DNA from: a virus
DNA length: 64,000 bases
IMG/VR virus record: IMGVR_UViG_3300046780_000733
Reading direction: 5' to 3' (one strand)
Below the pieces are notes generated by a model. That model was not told where the DNA came from. It did not search any database and worked only from the letters and a program-made list of their open reading frames with translations. The translations under genes were made by a program, and so were the position numbers. This document shows, one piece after another, positions 1 to 8,658 of the stretch; the first letter of the stretch is position 1; every line of letters begins with the position of its first letter.

Positions 1-193
1 CACCTGTTCCGTGCCGGCGAATCTGATCCAAGATTTTGCGCCAATAGCTATTCAGGCTCCTGTCATCACTGAGCAGTTGGCAAGGCTTAAAGAGGAAACC
101 ATCGAGGTTTCCGTCATCGGTGATCTCGCGATGTTGATCGTCGCACTCGGTGGAAAGTATACGTTCATGCTCGGCGCCATCAAATTGAATTAA
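1..193 (+). CDS. 3' end of a hypothetical protein (runs in from window edge)
   Basis: Open frame ending at TAA 191-193, just before an AT-rich promoter region. Confidence 0.4.
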   Translation, partial: TCSVPANLIQDFAPIAIQAPVITEQLARLKEETIEVSVIGDLAMLIVALGGKYTFMLGAIKLN

Positions 194-199
194 TTGGGC

Positions 200-233
200 T
201 TGACGGATTCCGAATCTGCATTAAACTTGGAAT
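200..233 (+). promoter_or_regulatory. Sigma70-like promoter overlapped by a 27-bp operator-like inverted repeat
   Basis: TTGACG(200)-N16-TAAACT(222); ATTCCGAA-N11-CTTGGAAT at 207-233, similar to sites at 13086 and 29656. Confidence 0.6.
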
Positions 234-441
234 CTGACTCAGAACTTGTTTCGCGTGCGGCAATTAATCCGCCAAACATGTCAACAGACACCACTTGACC
301 ACGGAGGTGCACCATGACCCCCTGGACCGCGGCCTGAAACCGCATTCGCGGCGATTGTTCCTCTGGCACTTAGGGGCCTTTGTGCCAGTGCGGGATTCAA
401 CACCCGGCCGCGAGTTTTCTTTGTACCCGAGGATTCTGCTC

Positions 442-1008
442 TTGAGCCAAGACATCTACTTTACCGCAGACACTCATTTCAACCATCGCAAGTGCCTGGA
501 GTTGTTCCGGGTGGGCAGGTTCGCGTCGATGGAAGAGATGAATGAGACGATGATCGACAGGTGGAACTCCAGGATCAAGCGATCTGATCGAGTGTACCAT
601 TTGGGCGACTTCGCCCTGGGCCGTCAGGAAGACGCGAAGAATATCCTGGACTGCCTGAATGGACAGATTTACTTGATCCGCGGGAACCACGAGGCGGCCG
701 TCGAGGGGACTCGGTGCCGTGACAGGTTTGTATGGATCAAGGATTACCACTGCATGAAGGTTGGAGAGCAGAAAATCGTCCTCTGCCACTATGCGTTCCG
801 GACCTGGAACTGCATGCATTACGGTTCATGGAATCTGCACGGGCACAGCCACGGAAGTTTGCCCGAGATCAAAGGCTCAAGATCGTTAGACGTCGGGGTG
901 GACTGCTGGGATTTTTACCCGGTCAACTTTTACGAAGTCAGAACCAAGATGATCGAGAAGACATTTCAGTCCGTGGATCACCACGGAGGCGACGATGAAC
1001 ACGACTGA
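442..1008 (+). CDS. Calcineurin-like metallophosphoesterase
   Basis: DTHFNH, HLGDF, GNHE, HY and HGHSH motifs; GAGGA upstream of TTG 442. Confidence 0.9.
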   Translation: MSQDIYFTADTHFNHRKCLELFRVGRFASMEEMNETMIDRWNSRIKRSDRVYHLGDFALGRQEDAKNILDCLNGQIYLIRGNHEAAVEGTRCRDRFVWIKDYHCMKVGEQKIVLCHYAFRTWNCMHYGSWNLHGHSHGSLPEIKGSRSLDVGVDCWDFYPVNFYEVRTKMIEKTFQSVDHHGGDDEHD

Positions 1009-1189
1009 CCAATGCCGAGCCTGCGGGGCAGCGATTCAAACTGGCACACTTCCTCCGCTATGCAGGTATTGCAGGATCAAGTACGGGGAACCCGACGGGC
1101 GGATCGCCGCGAGCCCGGCGAAGCGAGTCGAACTCATGAGGGCCGTGGCCGCTATGGCAGCACTACTACAGGGGGAGAACAATTCTTGA
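995..1189 (+). CDS. Small hypothetical protein, two CxxC (zinc ribbon-like)
   Basis: GGAGG RBS, overlap with neighbours, CRAC and CRYC. Confidence 0.55.
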   Translation: MNTTDQCRACGAAIQTGTLPPLCRYCRIKYGEPDGRIAASPAKRVELMRAVAAMAALLQGENNS

Positions 1190-1524
1190 CAGCCGGAACT
1201 ATTAATGCCTCCGTCACGCACACCGTGGACCAGGAAGGCAATAGGCGTTTTCACGTTGGGTTGCATCGACACGGCGTCCAGTTATCGGCGACGTTAACCT
1301 CGGATCGCTTCGTGAAATTCATCGAGTCGCTGCACGAGCACATTCTCAGCGTGAAGCAACGCGGCCACTGGATGTTTGACTTCGTGTGGCCGTCGAAGAC
1401 GGAGTTTCACATGATCACGCTGAGCGTCGATTCCGGGGAAGAACTCGTGAAGACGCTCGAAGCGGAGTGGTTTTACAGCCTGTGGACAAAGGAGGACAAT
1501 AATGTTCAAGCCGAATCCGCTTGA
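1186..1524 (+). CDS. Hypothetical protein
   Basis: TTG start overlapping previous stop, GGGGAG RBS. Confidence 0.55.
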   Translation: MTAGTINASVTHTVDQEGNRRFHVGLHRHGVQLSATLTSDRFVKFIESLHEHILSVKQRGHWMFDFVWPSKTEFHMITLSVDSGEELVKTLEAEWFYSLWTKEDNNVQAESA

Positions 1525-1693
1525 GCAAGAGAAACTCGATATAGCTTACCAGATGTACGTGGATGGCCGAGAGGTCCAGGACATCGCCCGACGGCTCGGC
1601 ATCGCGGAGCCCAATGTGGCACCATACCTGAAGGAAGCTCGCCAGCGGAGACTCAGGGAGATCGCGGAGAAAGACCGCCAGGAGAACCGATGA
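1502..1693 (+). CDS. Small HTH protein (sigma region 4-like)
   Basis: YVDGREVQDIARRLGIAEPNVAPYL; AGGAGG RBS. Confidence 0.7.
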   Translation: MFKPNPLEQEKLDIAYQMYVDGREVQDIARRLGIAEPNVAPYLKEARQRRLREIAEKDRQENR

Positions 1694-2199
1694 AACTCTC
1701 GCTGATCGTCTGCATGAGCCGCAACGGAGTCATCGGCAACAATCGCCGTCTTCCCTGGTACATTCCCAGGGACATGCAGGCGTTCCGCCGATACACAATG
1801 GGTAAACCGATCATCATGGGTCGCAAGACCTACGACTCGCTCGGCGGTCCACTTGAAGGGCGAACCAATATCGTCATGACCCGAGGGTGTGGCTGGCTAC
1901 CACCGGGCGAAATCATCGTCTCTGGCAGCGTCAACGAAGCCGTGGCGGCTGCCGAGAAGACAGGCCAGCCGGAGGCCGTGGTGATCGGTGGCGCCCAGGT
2001 CTACGCCGAGTTCATACCGTTGTGCGACACCGCTGTCGTGACTTACATCCACAATGAATTCGACGGAGACACGGTGTTTCCGTGCAACCTATTAAAGTCA
2101 CCAGAGTGGAAACTGACGAGCCAAGAACTATGGACGTCTGCCCCTGACACCGCGTGGTGCATGGTGAGCCATCTTGTTCTGGAGAGGAGACGCAAGTGA
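1690..2199 (+). CDS. folA: Dihydrofolate reductase
   Basis: NGVIG..LPW..P.D, IMGRKT, L.GRTNIV, IGGAQVY, GDT.FP motifs. Confidence 0.95.
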   Translation: MKLSLIVCMSRNGVIGNNRRLPWYIPRDMQAFRRYTMGKPIIMGRKTYDSLGGPLEGRTNIVMTRGCGWLPPGEIIVSGSVNEAVAAAEKTGQPEAVVIGGAQVYAEFIPLCDTAVVTYIHNEFDGDTVFPCNLLKSPEWKLTSQELWTSAPDTAWCMVSHLVLERRRK

Positions 2200-2555
2200 A
2201 AGAGGATGTCTACTTGACGTGGCGTAAACTCAAGGACGCAATCGCAGTGATGCCACGGGATCGTCTAGACGATCCCGTGCAGATCCTGCCATCGTCCATC
2301 GAGGACCCAGTTCCTCTGCACGGCGTTTACGGCATCGGCACGGTTGAGTATTACTGCGACTGTGGGTCGGAAACCGAGTCTTCTCAAACCAGAGGGGTTA
2401 TCGACAACAAGAACCACCCAGAGCATTACGTTTTGATCTCAGACGAAAACCCTCACGATGAGCACGGAAACACGTTTTTCACCATGACGGAAGACGGATG
2501 GATTGGCGACAAGACAGGCAAAAACCACGACTGTTGCAAAGGGAGACGAAGTTGA
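2196..2555 (+). CDS. Hypothetical protein
   Basis: GTGA coupling with folA, GAGGAG RBS. Confidence 0.6.
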   Translation: MKEDVYLTWRKLKDAIAVMPRDRLDDPVQILPSSIEDPVPLHGVYGIGTVEYYCDCGSETESSQTRGVIDNKNHPEHYVLISDENPHDEHGNTFFTMTEDGWIGDKTGKNHDCCKGRRS

Positions 2556-2719
2556 CCAGACGAATCCTATATGCATGGTTCGTGTTCGCGACCTGCGTGG
2601 TACTGGCTGGATGCAACTATAACTCGCCTGAAGAAGAGGAACAGATCCGTGTCTACCGAGACTGGCATCCAGACCACCACCGTTGCTGGCTCTGCGGCGC
2701 AACCGCGAAACAGGAGTAG
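2552..2719 (+). CDS. Small putative lipoprotein
   Basis: Basic N-terminus, hydrophobic stretch, LAGC lipobox; coupled start. Confidence 0.55.
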   Translation: MTRRILYAWFVFATCVVLAGCNYNSPEEEEQIRVYRDWHPDHHRCWLCGATAKQE

Positions 2720-2725
2720 ACCAAT

Positions 2726-2821
2726 ATGAAATTCAACAGAATGGATGTATTGGTTGGCGTCACCTGCGCAATCGTTGGCCTCGCGATCGTCGCCACCAAC
2801 ACAGAGAGTTTGACGCTATAA
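2726..2821 (+). CDS. 31-aa single-TM peptide (below ORF-track cutoff)
   Basis: CAGGAG RBS; MKFNRMDVLVGVTCAIVGLAIVATNTESLTL. Confidence 0.4.
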   Translation: MKFNRMDVLVGVTCAIVGLAIVATNTESLTL

Positions 2822-2824
2822 ACC

Positions 2825-3778
2825 TCACATCTCCTTGACACGCAGAAACATCTCCCGCCACTCACGCACTCCCTTTCCATGCTGCCACGAATTGTCGTCG
2901 GCGATGGCCATCTGGGCCGACGGCAACTCTTCGTTCTTGATAACGTGCTCCAGATTCCACACGTTGAACTCATCTCCGGGATAGACAGCGGCCCCTGGAA
3001 AACAGAAGTAGGGGCCGAAGTCCGTGGCCATGAACCTGGCCCCGTACCGCGCCGACTCCCAGGCCTTGATCGGCGACTTGGACAGATTGAACCTCGTGGG
3101 TTCCAGCGGCCCGAGACACACGATCGGCTTGAGCATGCGAGCCACACGGCCAGCATCGCGCCGATTCACCCAGGGGATGTGGACGCCGTGCCTGTCTAGC
3201 CACGTGGGCTCGATCCCGAAGAACACCCAGTCGTAGTCACGCTTGGTCTGGTCATACATGGTGCGAAGCAGGTCAACGTCCCGGTCGTGGCTCCGCGACG
3301 CCGCGTACAGGATCACGCGGCTATCCTTGTTCTCGCCGCTGAACGGCTCATCGTTCAGATCGATCAGGTTGGGGACCACGATGGTCTTATCGGGGCGGTT
3401 GACCACGCGGATCAACTCGGGCACCGACACTGTGATCAGATCAGCCAAGTCTAGGCACCACTGGATCGTCGAGATGTGCTCGAATCCAGCGGATCGGTTC
3501 TCCGGCTTGTACTTGCCGATGTCTAGCACGTCGTCGTCGAGGTCCCAGATGATCTTGACGCCGTCCTTCTTCATGCGGCCGATCGCGGGAAGCGACGACG
3601 GGTTGACCCATCGCTGGAAGAAGCAGGCACTGTAGCGACGATCCGAACGCAGGTGGTTCCTGAGATCAAACGTGACGCCGTTCTTGGCCATCTCGCCAGC
3701 CAGGTGACGCACAGGCAGGACATGGCGGTAGTAGGTTGATCCTTCGTCGTCGCCGCGGTACACCCAGAACCTGAGCAT
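2825..3778 (-). CDS. Glycosyltransferase (GT-B-like, phage type)
   Basis: YYRH..P, WDLDDD, ADLITVS, PNLID, PL..T.FN.SKSPIK.WE; AGGAG before ATG 3778. Confidence 0.85.
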   Translation of the reverse strand: MLRFWVYRGDDEGSTYYRHVLPVRHLAGEMAKNGVTFDLRNHLRSDRRYSACFFQRWVNPSSLPAIGRMKKDGVKIIWDLDDDVLDIGKYKPENRSAGFEHISTIQWCLDLADLITVSVPELIRVVNRPDKTIVVPNLIDLNDEPFSGENKDSRVILYAASRSHDRDVDLLRTMYDQTKRDYDWVFFGIEPTWLDRHGVHIPWVNRRDAGRVARMLKPIVCLGPLEPTRFNLSKSPIKAWESARYGARFMATDFGPYFCFPGAAVYPGDEFNVWNLEHVIKNEELPSAQMAIADDNSWQHGKGVREWREMFLRVKEM

Positions 3779-3788
3779 ATGAACTCCT

Positions 3789-3831
3789 AAAAAGAAAACC
3801 GGCACCGCCCGACGAATCGAGACAGTGCCGG
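3789..3831 (-). terminator. Intrinsic terminator directly upstream of the glycosyltransferase RBS
   Basis: Minus strand CCGGCACUGUCUCGA-UUCG-UCGGGCGGUGCCGG followed by UUUUCUUUUU. Confidence 0.8.
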
Positions 3832-3839
3832 GTAGCGAT

Positions 3840-4064
3840 GGTGGCTGGTCGGTCCTGCCCCGACCACGCACAGGATAGGCGTGTGCCGACGCCTCGTTTT
3901 ACTTACTCCGCTCTCGAAGGAACAGCTACCCCGTTGGTATTGTCCGAAATACTCGGACACCTAACCGCGGCAGATCCGACTCCGACACTGTTTGCCGAAT
4001 CACGGATACCGGCCGGGATCTCCTGTGCTCGATTCGCATGTCATCTAGCCACGCCGCAGCCACC
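3840..4064 (-). ncRNA. Putative tRNA-like structured RNA (~225 nt) with a large multi-hairpin insert in the anticodon arm
   Basis: 7-bp acceptor GUGGCUG/CAGCCAC plus G-1:C73; D-arm GCGUG/CAUGC; 8-bp stem GCACAGGA/UCCUGUGC; T-arm GUCGG-GGCAGGA-CCGAC; no credible CDS. Confidence 0.65.
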
Positions 4065-4083
4065 GTGTTCTATGACCCAGATG

Positions 4084-4242
4084 TTACTTCTTCTTGGCCT
4101 TGGGCGGATTGCCCTCGCCGCTCCCGCCCTTGGTCTTTCCCGAGAGGTTGCCCGAGCCGGGAGGACCCATCTTGTTGCCCCCGCCCTTCTTGGCACCCTT
4201 CTCGCCGCCCATCCCCTTCTTGCCGCCTTTGCCTTTGGCCAC
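4084..4242 (-). CDS. 52-aa Lys/Gly-rich basic protein (not in ORF track)
   Basis: GGGAGG RBS, GTG start; MAKGKGGKKGMGGEKGAKKGGGNKMGPPGSGNLSGKTKGGSGEGNPPKAKKK. Confidence 0.7.
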   Translation of the reverse strand: MAKGKGGKKGMGGEKGAKKGGGNKMGPPGSGNLSGKTKGGSGEGNPPKAKKK

Positions 4243-4317
4243 CGTATGCCTCCCTTGGTTGATGACTGGATCAAAACCCGATGCAACGCCTTTGTTGTTA
4301 GATCGGAATCGGAAGCG

Positions 4318-4542
4318 TTACCGGATGTTTGCCATCCAACCAACAAGCATCCCAGAAAGTATCCCAATAAACAGCACGAGTAGGATCACGCCGGCAAACG
4401 CCCAAGGTATCCACGTCGGGGCCAGCACGATCCACCACGACCAATCGATGTGATCGGTCAACTTGAGGCCGACAAACAGGATCGTCAAGAGGTTGAGGAA
4501 ACCCATCCCACAACTGCACGAACACGACGACTCAGAACTCAC
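4318..4542 (-). CDS. Small phage membrane protein
   Basis: LTILFVGLKLTDHIDWSWWIVLAP, a motif common in small phage TM proteins; AAGGAG RBS. Confidence 0.75.
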   Translation of the reverse strand: MSSESSCSCSCGMGFLNLLTILFVGLKLTDHIDWSWWIVLAPTWIPWAFAGVILLVLFIGILSGMLVGWMANIR

Positions 4543-4711
4543 GACGAACTCCTTGCATTGGTAAAATGCCGCCAGCGATCGGTGGTTGTTGGCATTCGAT
4601 GCACACGGTAGCCAACTTTCTCGATCCAGTGGGGCCACACCCTTGCCGCTCGGTCGCCCCATAGCAGGGACCACTACCCCCTGCTCTCTCCGGCTGCTTT
4701 GAACCGCCGCA

Positions 4712-5491
4712 TCACGTGGCGGCGATGGCTCTTGTTGACAGTTTTGTGATCCCAGGCACAGGCTTTCCAGTAGCCATGACCGGTCTCCGCAGGTAGTTCG
4801 AGATCACCACCTCGGACCACTTCTCCCACTGATCCACCGGAGGGATGTTCGGGGCCGGGTAGTCCTCGATGTCCACGAACGCGTTGAGCAACTCGGGACG
4901 ATACTTGGCGATGATCTCTCGGTGCGTCCACCACCCCTGGAGATCGATCGAGGATTCGTCGAATATTTCCCCGATCAGCTCCGGTGGAACCGCCACCGTC
5001 CACGCGATCCCGAAATGCACGGACTCGACCCCGGCCCACGAGGAGTCGAAGATGAACCCGATCGGCTTGAGGTCGATGGGTTCGCCGTCGTCGAGTTTGA
5101 GTTCCTCGCGAATCTCTCGCTGCATCCCCCACTGGAGAGTCCGCATCTGCCAGCCGTCGCCGTCCATGGCATCCACGGGTTCGTAGTGGCCGCCGACTCC
5201 CAGACTGAGTCGCCCGTGCAGCCGCTCCTCAGTGCCCTTTCCGGGGCGGCGGTACACGAGGATCTTCGCCGGTGGCCCGTTGTTGACCGCGGTCCACACC
5301 ACCCCGTACGAACACAACTGCAACTGGCTCTGGTCGGCTTCTAGTTCCGCCGTGCGAGGACGGGCTTCGGCCGCGCACATGAGCCAGTTCACCCAATCTG
5401 TTTCCATGTCTCGCCAGCCCGTCCATGGGCCAAGACCCTCAATTAGCTTTCTAGGCACGCAGAGGATTTGCTCGGAACCGTCAAGAGGCAT
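4712..5491 (-). CDS. Predicted NUDIX-family phosphoesterase
   Basis: E.RLHG.LSLGVGGH, REIREEL Nudix box, VH.GI. Confidence 0.8.
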   Translation of the reverse strand: MPLDGSEQILCVPRKLIEGLGPWTGWRDMETDWVNWLMCAAEARPRTAELEADQSQLQLCSYGVVWTAVNNGPPAKILVYRRPGKGTEERLHGRLSLGVGGHYEPVDAMDGDGWQMRTLQWGMQREIREELKLDDGEPIDLKPIGFIFDSSWAGVESVHFGIAWTVAVPPELIGEIFDESSIDLQGWWTHREIIAKYRPELLNAFVDIEDYPAPNIPPVDQWEKWSEVVISNYLRRPVMATGKPVPGITKLSTRAIAAT

Positions 5492-5714
5492 GATGGTATA
5501 TTTCTCCAAAGCGTTGATCCCACGGCTCTCCGGAGAACTCCACGAAGATCTTTCTCCCCGGCGGCATGTAGCCTTTATCCACGAGCCACGCAGCGACATC
5601 CGCATCGACCACCGTTTGCGAGCGGACAGACTTGAACTTCTTGGTCGCCAACAAAGCGAGCATCGAAGCCGCGATCTTGCCGATGAATCCTCGGCGAGTT
5701 ATATCAAGAGGCAT
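5481..5714 (-). CDS. Hypothetical protein with twin-arginine-like N-terminus
   Basis: ITRRGFIG followed by a hydrophobic stretch; TAATG coupling. Confidence 0.55.
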   Translation of the reverse strand: MPLDITRRGFIGKIAASMLALLATKKFKSVRSQTVVDADVAAWLVDKGYMPPGRKIFVEFSGEPWDQRFGEIYHHAS

Positions 5715-6001
5715 TACCTGTCCTCCGCAACGAAAGTCGGCAGGCGACGCTCTACGCGGAATCCGTTTCGGCTCGCCCACAGCGCCACCGGAACCTGCGA
5801 GCGCCCGCTCAGGCACGAGAGCCATACGCATCCAAAAAGAAATGCCGACAAGCGTTCACGCCAACTCATCTTCCAGCACGACACGCACTGCTCGCCATCA
5901 CTCCACACGTGAAGCATTTCCACAATGCCGACGGCACGCGAATACTTCTCGTTGCTCTGGTGGAGCTTCATGTTGTACTCGGGAAACTTAACCGGAATCA
6001 T
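5714..6001 (-). CDS. Hypothetical phage protein
   Basis: GAGGAG RBS; SCWKMSWRERL..FLFG.VWL pattern. Confidence 0.65.
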   Translation of the reverse strand: MIPVKFPEYNMKLHQSNEKYSRAVGIVEMLHVWSDGEQCVSCWKMSWRERLSAFLFGCVWLSCLSGRSQVPVALWASRNGFRVERRLPTFVAEDR

Positions 6002-6053
6002 TTGATTCTCCTCTCACAGATAGAATCGCCTGCGTTTGGGAGAAACCGGAAGA

Positions 6054-6596
6054 CTATTTGGAATTTTTTCCGGATTTCAGTTCGGGCAGGTGGCCGAAGA
6101 ACCGCCGAGCCATCGGGTCGCAATCCGACCCAGCGTCGTCCGGACGGCTCTCGCCGGCCAGGACGGACGACGCGCTTTCCTTCTCGTTCTCTTCCTGAAC
6201 TAATTCGGTCGCAGAAGATTGCGCCCCTATGCCTGCGCCCTTGCGCGCACAAACCTTCGCCCGAAGCGCATTTATTTGCGCCCCCTCTCGACGCAACGCG
6301 TCTCGCGTCCCAGGATGCCCCAGGAGCACGATTCGACGCTGGACGACCATGGATTCGTCCTCGACGCAGCGGATGGCGCCAGCGTCCTCCAGGGCTCTCA
6401 GGATCAACTGTACGGCTCTCGGCTTGAGACCTATGATTCCAGCGATCTTGCGGTTGCTGGGCCAGCATTCGGCCTTGCCACCAGCGGTGTCCAGGAGCAC
6501 GCGCAGCACGAGCTGGCGAGAGCGGGTGTGGCGCGCCACCATCGCCCGCTCCCACTTGTACCGGTCTTTGCCGTGGAGCCTGATCGGTTCGTCCAT
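6054..6596 (-). CDS. Winged HTH protein (replication-initiator N-terminal-like)
   Basis: CWPSNRKIAGIIGLKPRAVQLILRALEDAGAI. Confidence 0.7.
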   Translation of the reverse strand: MDEPIRLHGKDRYKWERAMVARHTRSRQLVLRVLLDTAGGKAECWPSNRKIAGIIGLKPRAVQLILRALEDAGAIRCVEDESMVVQRRIVLLGHPGTRDALRREGAQINALRAKVCARKGAGIGAQSSATELVQEENEKESASSVLAGESRPDDAGSDCDPMARRFFGHLPELKSGKNSK

Positions 6597-6666
6597 GACC
6601 GGATGTTACAGTATCGCGACATCCTGATCAAGCACTGTCTCCCGAATCGGGGATGATCAGTGTACA

Positions 6667-7611
6667 CTACTGAACAGCGGACGAAGCATGCAGGAACGAA
6701 GTTAGCCAAAGATGGCGTCCACTCGCGCGCTGCCAGGAATTTGCGACGGATTCGCGAACACACTCTTCGCGGTTCGGCTCATCGAGGACGCGTTCCAAAT
6801 GGTCCATGGTGAACGGCTCGTGTTCGGCGACGATCGCCGATGGATGGCCGCGGTAAGGACCGGTGTCAGAGGCGATCACCGAAGCACCATACGTCGCCGA
6901 CTCCCATACTTTGATCGGGCTCTTGGACGCGTTGAACTCGCTCGGCAGCAGAGGGGCCAAGCACACGCGTGGGCGGAAAAGCCGGCACGTCGCCGGGTAG
7001 TCGTGGACCGTGCCCCACGGGATGAAGATGGAGCGACTGTCCATCCAGGGCGGACGGATGCCATGGAAGACCCAGCGGAATCTCCGGCTCGTCGCTTGGT
7101 AGATCCACCTGATCAACTCGACGTCCTTGATGTGCGACGGCGTGCCCGAGAAGAGGATCACGTCTCGCGGATGCGGGTCGTCAACGACTGGGTAATCGTC
7201 GAGGTCGATGAGGTTTGGGCACACCATGGTCTTCTCGGGATGCCCGCAGGCCCGCATGAGATGAGGGGTCGATGCCGTGATCATGTCGGCTCGGGACAGG
7301 CACGACCTGACAGTGGATAGGTATTCCTCGCGGTGCCACGAACCCGTCGATTCCAACCTGAGCAGGTCGTCGTCCATGTCCCAGCCCAGGAACGGAACCC
7401 TATCTCCGCTGAGCAACATCGGGAACAATCCCTTGGGGCGATGGTCGCGGTTGCAGAAGATGCCGTCGAAGGAGTCCCGGTCGTCGATCTGTCCGAGTCG
7501 AACCTGGACCCCGTGGTCCAGCAATTCCTTGGTCAGATGCCGAACGGGCAGGATTCGTCGCCAGTACGTGGGTCCTATGTCCTCGGTGCGAACCAACAGC
7601 AGGTTGATCAC
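6667..7611 (-). CDS. Glycosyltransferase, paralog of 2825-3778
   Basis: WDMDDD, ADMITAST, PNLIDL, APL..EFN.SKSPIKVWE. Confidence 0.85.
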   Translation of the reverse strand: MINLLLVRTEDIGPTYWRRILPVRHLTKELLDHGVQVRLGQIDDRDSFDGIFCNRDHRPKGLFPMLLSGDRVPFLGWDMDDDLLRLESTGSWHREEYLSTVRSCLSRADMITASTPHLMRACGHPEKTMVCPNLIDLDDYPVVDDPHPRDVILFSGTPSHIKDVELIRWIYQATSRRFRWVFHGIRPPWMDSRSIFIPWGTVHDYPATCRLFRPRVCLAPLLPSEFNASKSPIKVWESATYGASVIASDTGPYRGHPSAIVAEHEPFTMDHLERVLDEPNREECVRESVANSWQRASGRHLWLTSFLHASSAVQ

Positions 7612-8243
7612 TTGACAACCTTGAGCGCGAACGCGTGAGAGTTTCCTACCTTGTCATCGGTTTCAAGCACGGCAACGATGTCAAGCCCGATTCCAAGCTC
7701 AACGAGCATCCCGACCATCGTCAGGTAGAGATCGACATCCCAGCAGTAATAATGGCCACCGCGGCACTCGCAGCCGTTCTCGATCGGATGGGTGTCTAGC
7801 GTGTATCCCATCCAAAAAGCTATGCATATTTCTGTGATCAGGCTTACTTCGCGGCTGCGGTCGCCGGGATGGGCATCGCGTTTCGGGATGTTCGAAAAGA
7901 TGATTCCCCCATGGGCGACAACGCGGTGCCACTCGATCAACGCGCTCATGGGGTCAGGCAAATGCTCAAACACATGAGAATTTATTATCCAATTAAATGA
8001 CGAATCCGCAAAAGGAAGACGATCGCCCTGGGCCATCACGTCCACAGCGAGCGCTCGTCCGCAGAGGTGAATCTCCTCTCGCTTGTACACGGTGTCCATG
8101 TCGTCGGTGCAATCGACGTTGATCGTGTTCGGGATTCCCCAGGAATTATGGGCGCTGCCGCCCAATTCAAGGCCTGGCCCCGGCTGCAATGGATCGATGA
8201 GCCTATGGGCCAGTGCGGATTCAGGGAAGTACGGGTAACGCAT
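7608..8243 (-). CDS. Class I SAM-dependent methyltransferase (type 11-like)
   Basis: LELGG, LPFADSSF, SHVFEHLPDP...EW.RV...GG. Confidence 0.85.
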   Translation of the reverse strand: MRYPYFPESALAHRLIDPLQPGPGLELGGSAHNSWGIPNTINVDCTDDMDTVYKREEIHLCGRALAVDVMAQGDRLPFADSSFNWIINSHVFEHLPDPMSALIEWHRVVAHGGIIFSNIPKRDAHPGDRSREVSLITEICIAFWMGYTLDTHPIENGCECRGGHYYCWDVDLYLTMVGMLVELGIGLDIVAVLETDDKVGNSHAFALKVVK

Positions 8244-8247
8244 GGGA

Positions 8248-8646
8248 TCAGATATTCTGGGGATAGGCGTCGGACTCGTACGTCATGCCAGTAACGTGGC
8301 CTCTCCCCTGCTGGTTGACCTGGACCGTATCGGTGCCGGCCCACTTGAATGGCTTCGGGCCAGCGGGCGTCTGCACGATGATACGAAGGATGCAACTGGC
8401 GCCAGCAGGACCCGATGTCACCACTCCGTCCACCTGGGGGATCATCGTGGCTGGTGGATCGGGTAGGCCGGCGAAGGTACTCCAGTGGATCTGCGCGGGT
8501 GGATCTTGGCTGAAGTCGTACAAGATCGCCCTGGCGGTGTAATCGACGCTGATGATCGTAACCTTGCAGGGTATCCACACATCAGGGTTATTCCAGTTGG
8601 CGGGCGGTGGGGTCGGCGTGGCGACAAAAGGAATCGCGTTGATCAT
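8248..8646 (-). CDS. Hypothetical Pro-rich protein
   Basis: GGAGG RBS; fills the operon gap. Confidence 0.6.
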   Translation of the reverse strand: MINAIPFVATPTPPPANWNNPDVWIPCKVTIISVDYTARAILYDFSQDPPAQIHWSTFAGLPDPPATMIPQVDGVVTSGPAGASCILRIIVQTPAGPKPFKWAGTDTVQVNQQGRGHVTGMTYESDAYPQNI

Positions 8647-8658
8647 CGGTGCCTCCGG

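Noticed and set aside
3840-4064. Calling the structured RNA a tmRNA or a canonical tRNA
   Set aside because: No G3:U70, no UUC T-loop, no 7-nt anticodon loop. The internal GCA AAC frame (ANSVGVGSAAVR...) does not end like a degradation tag.
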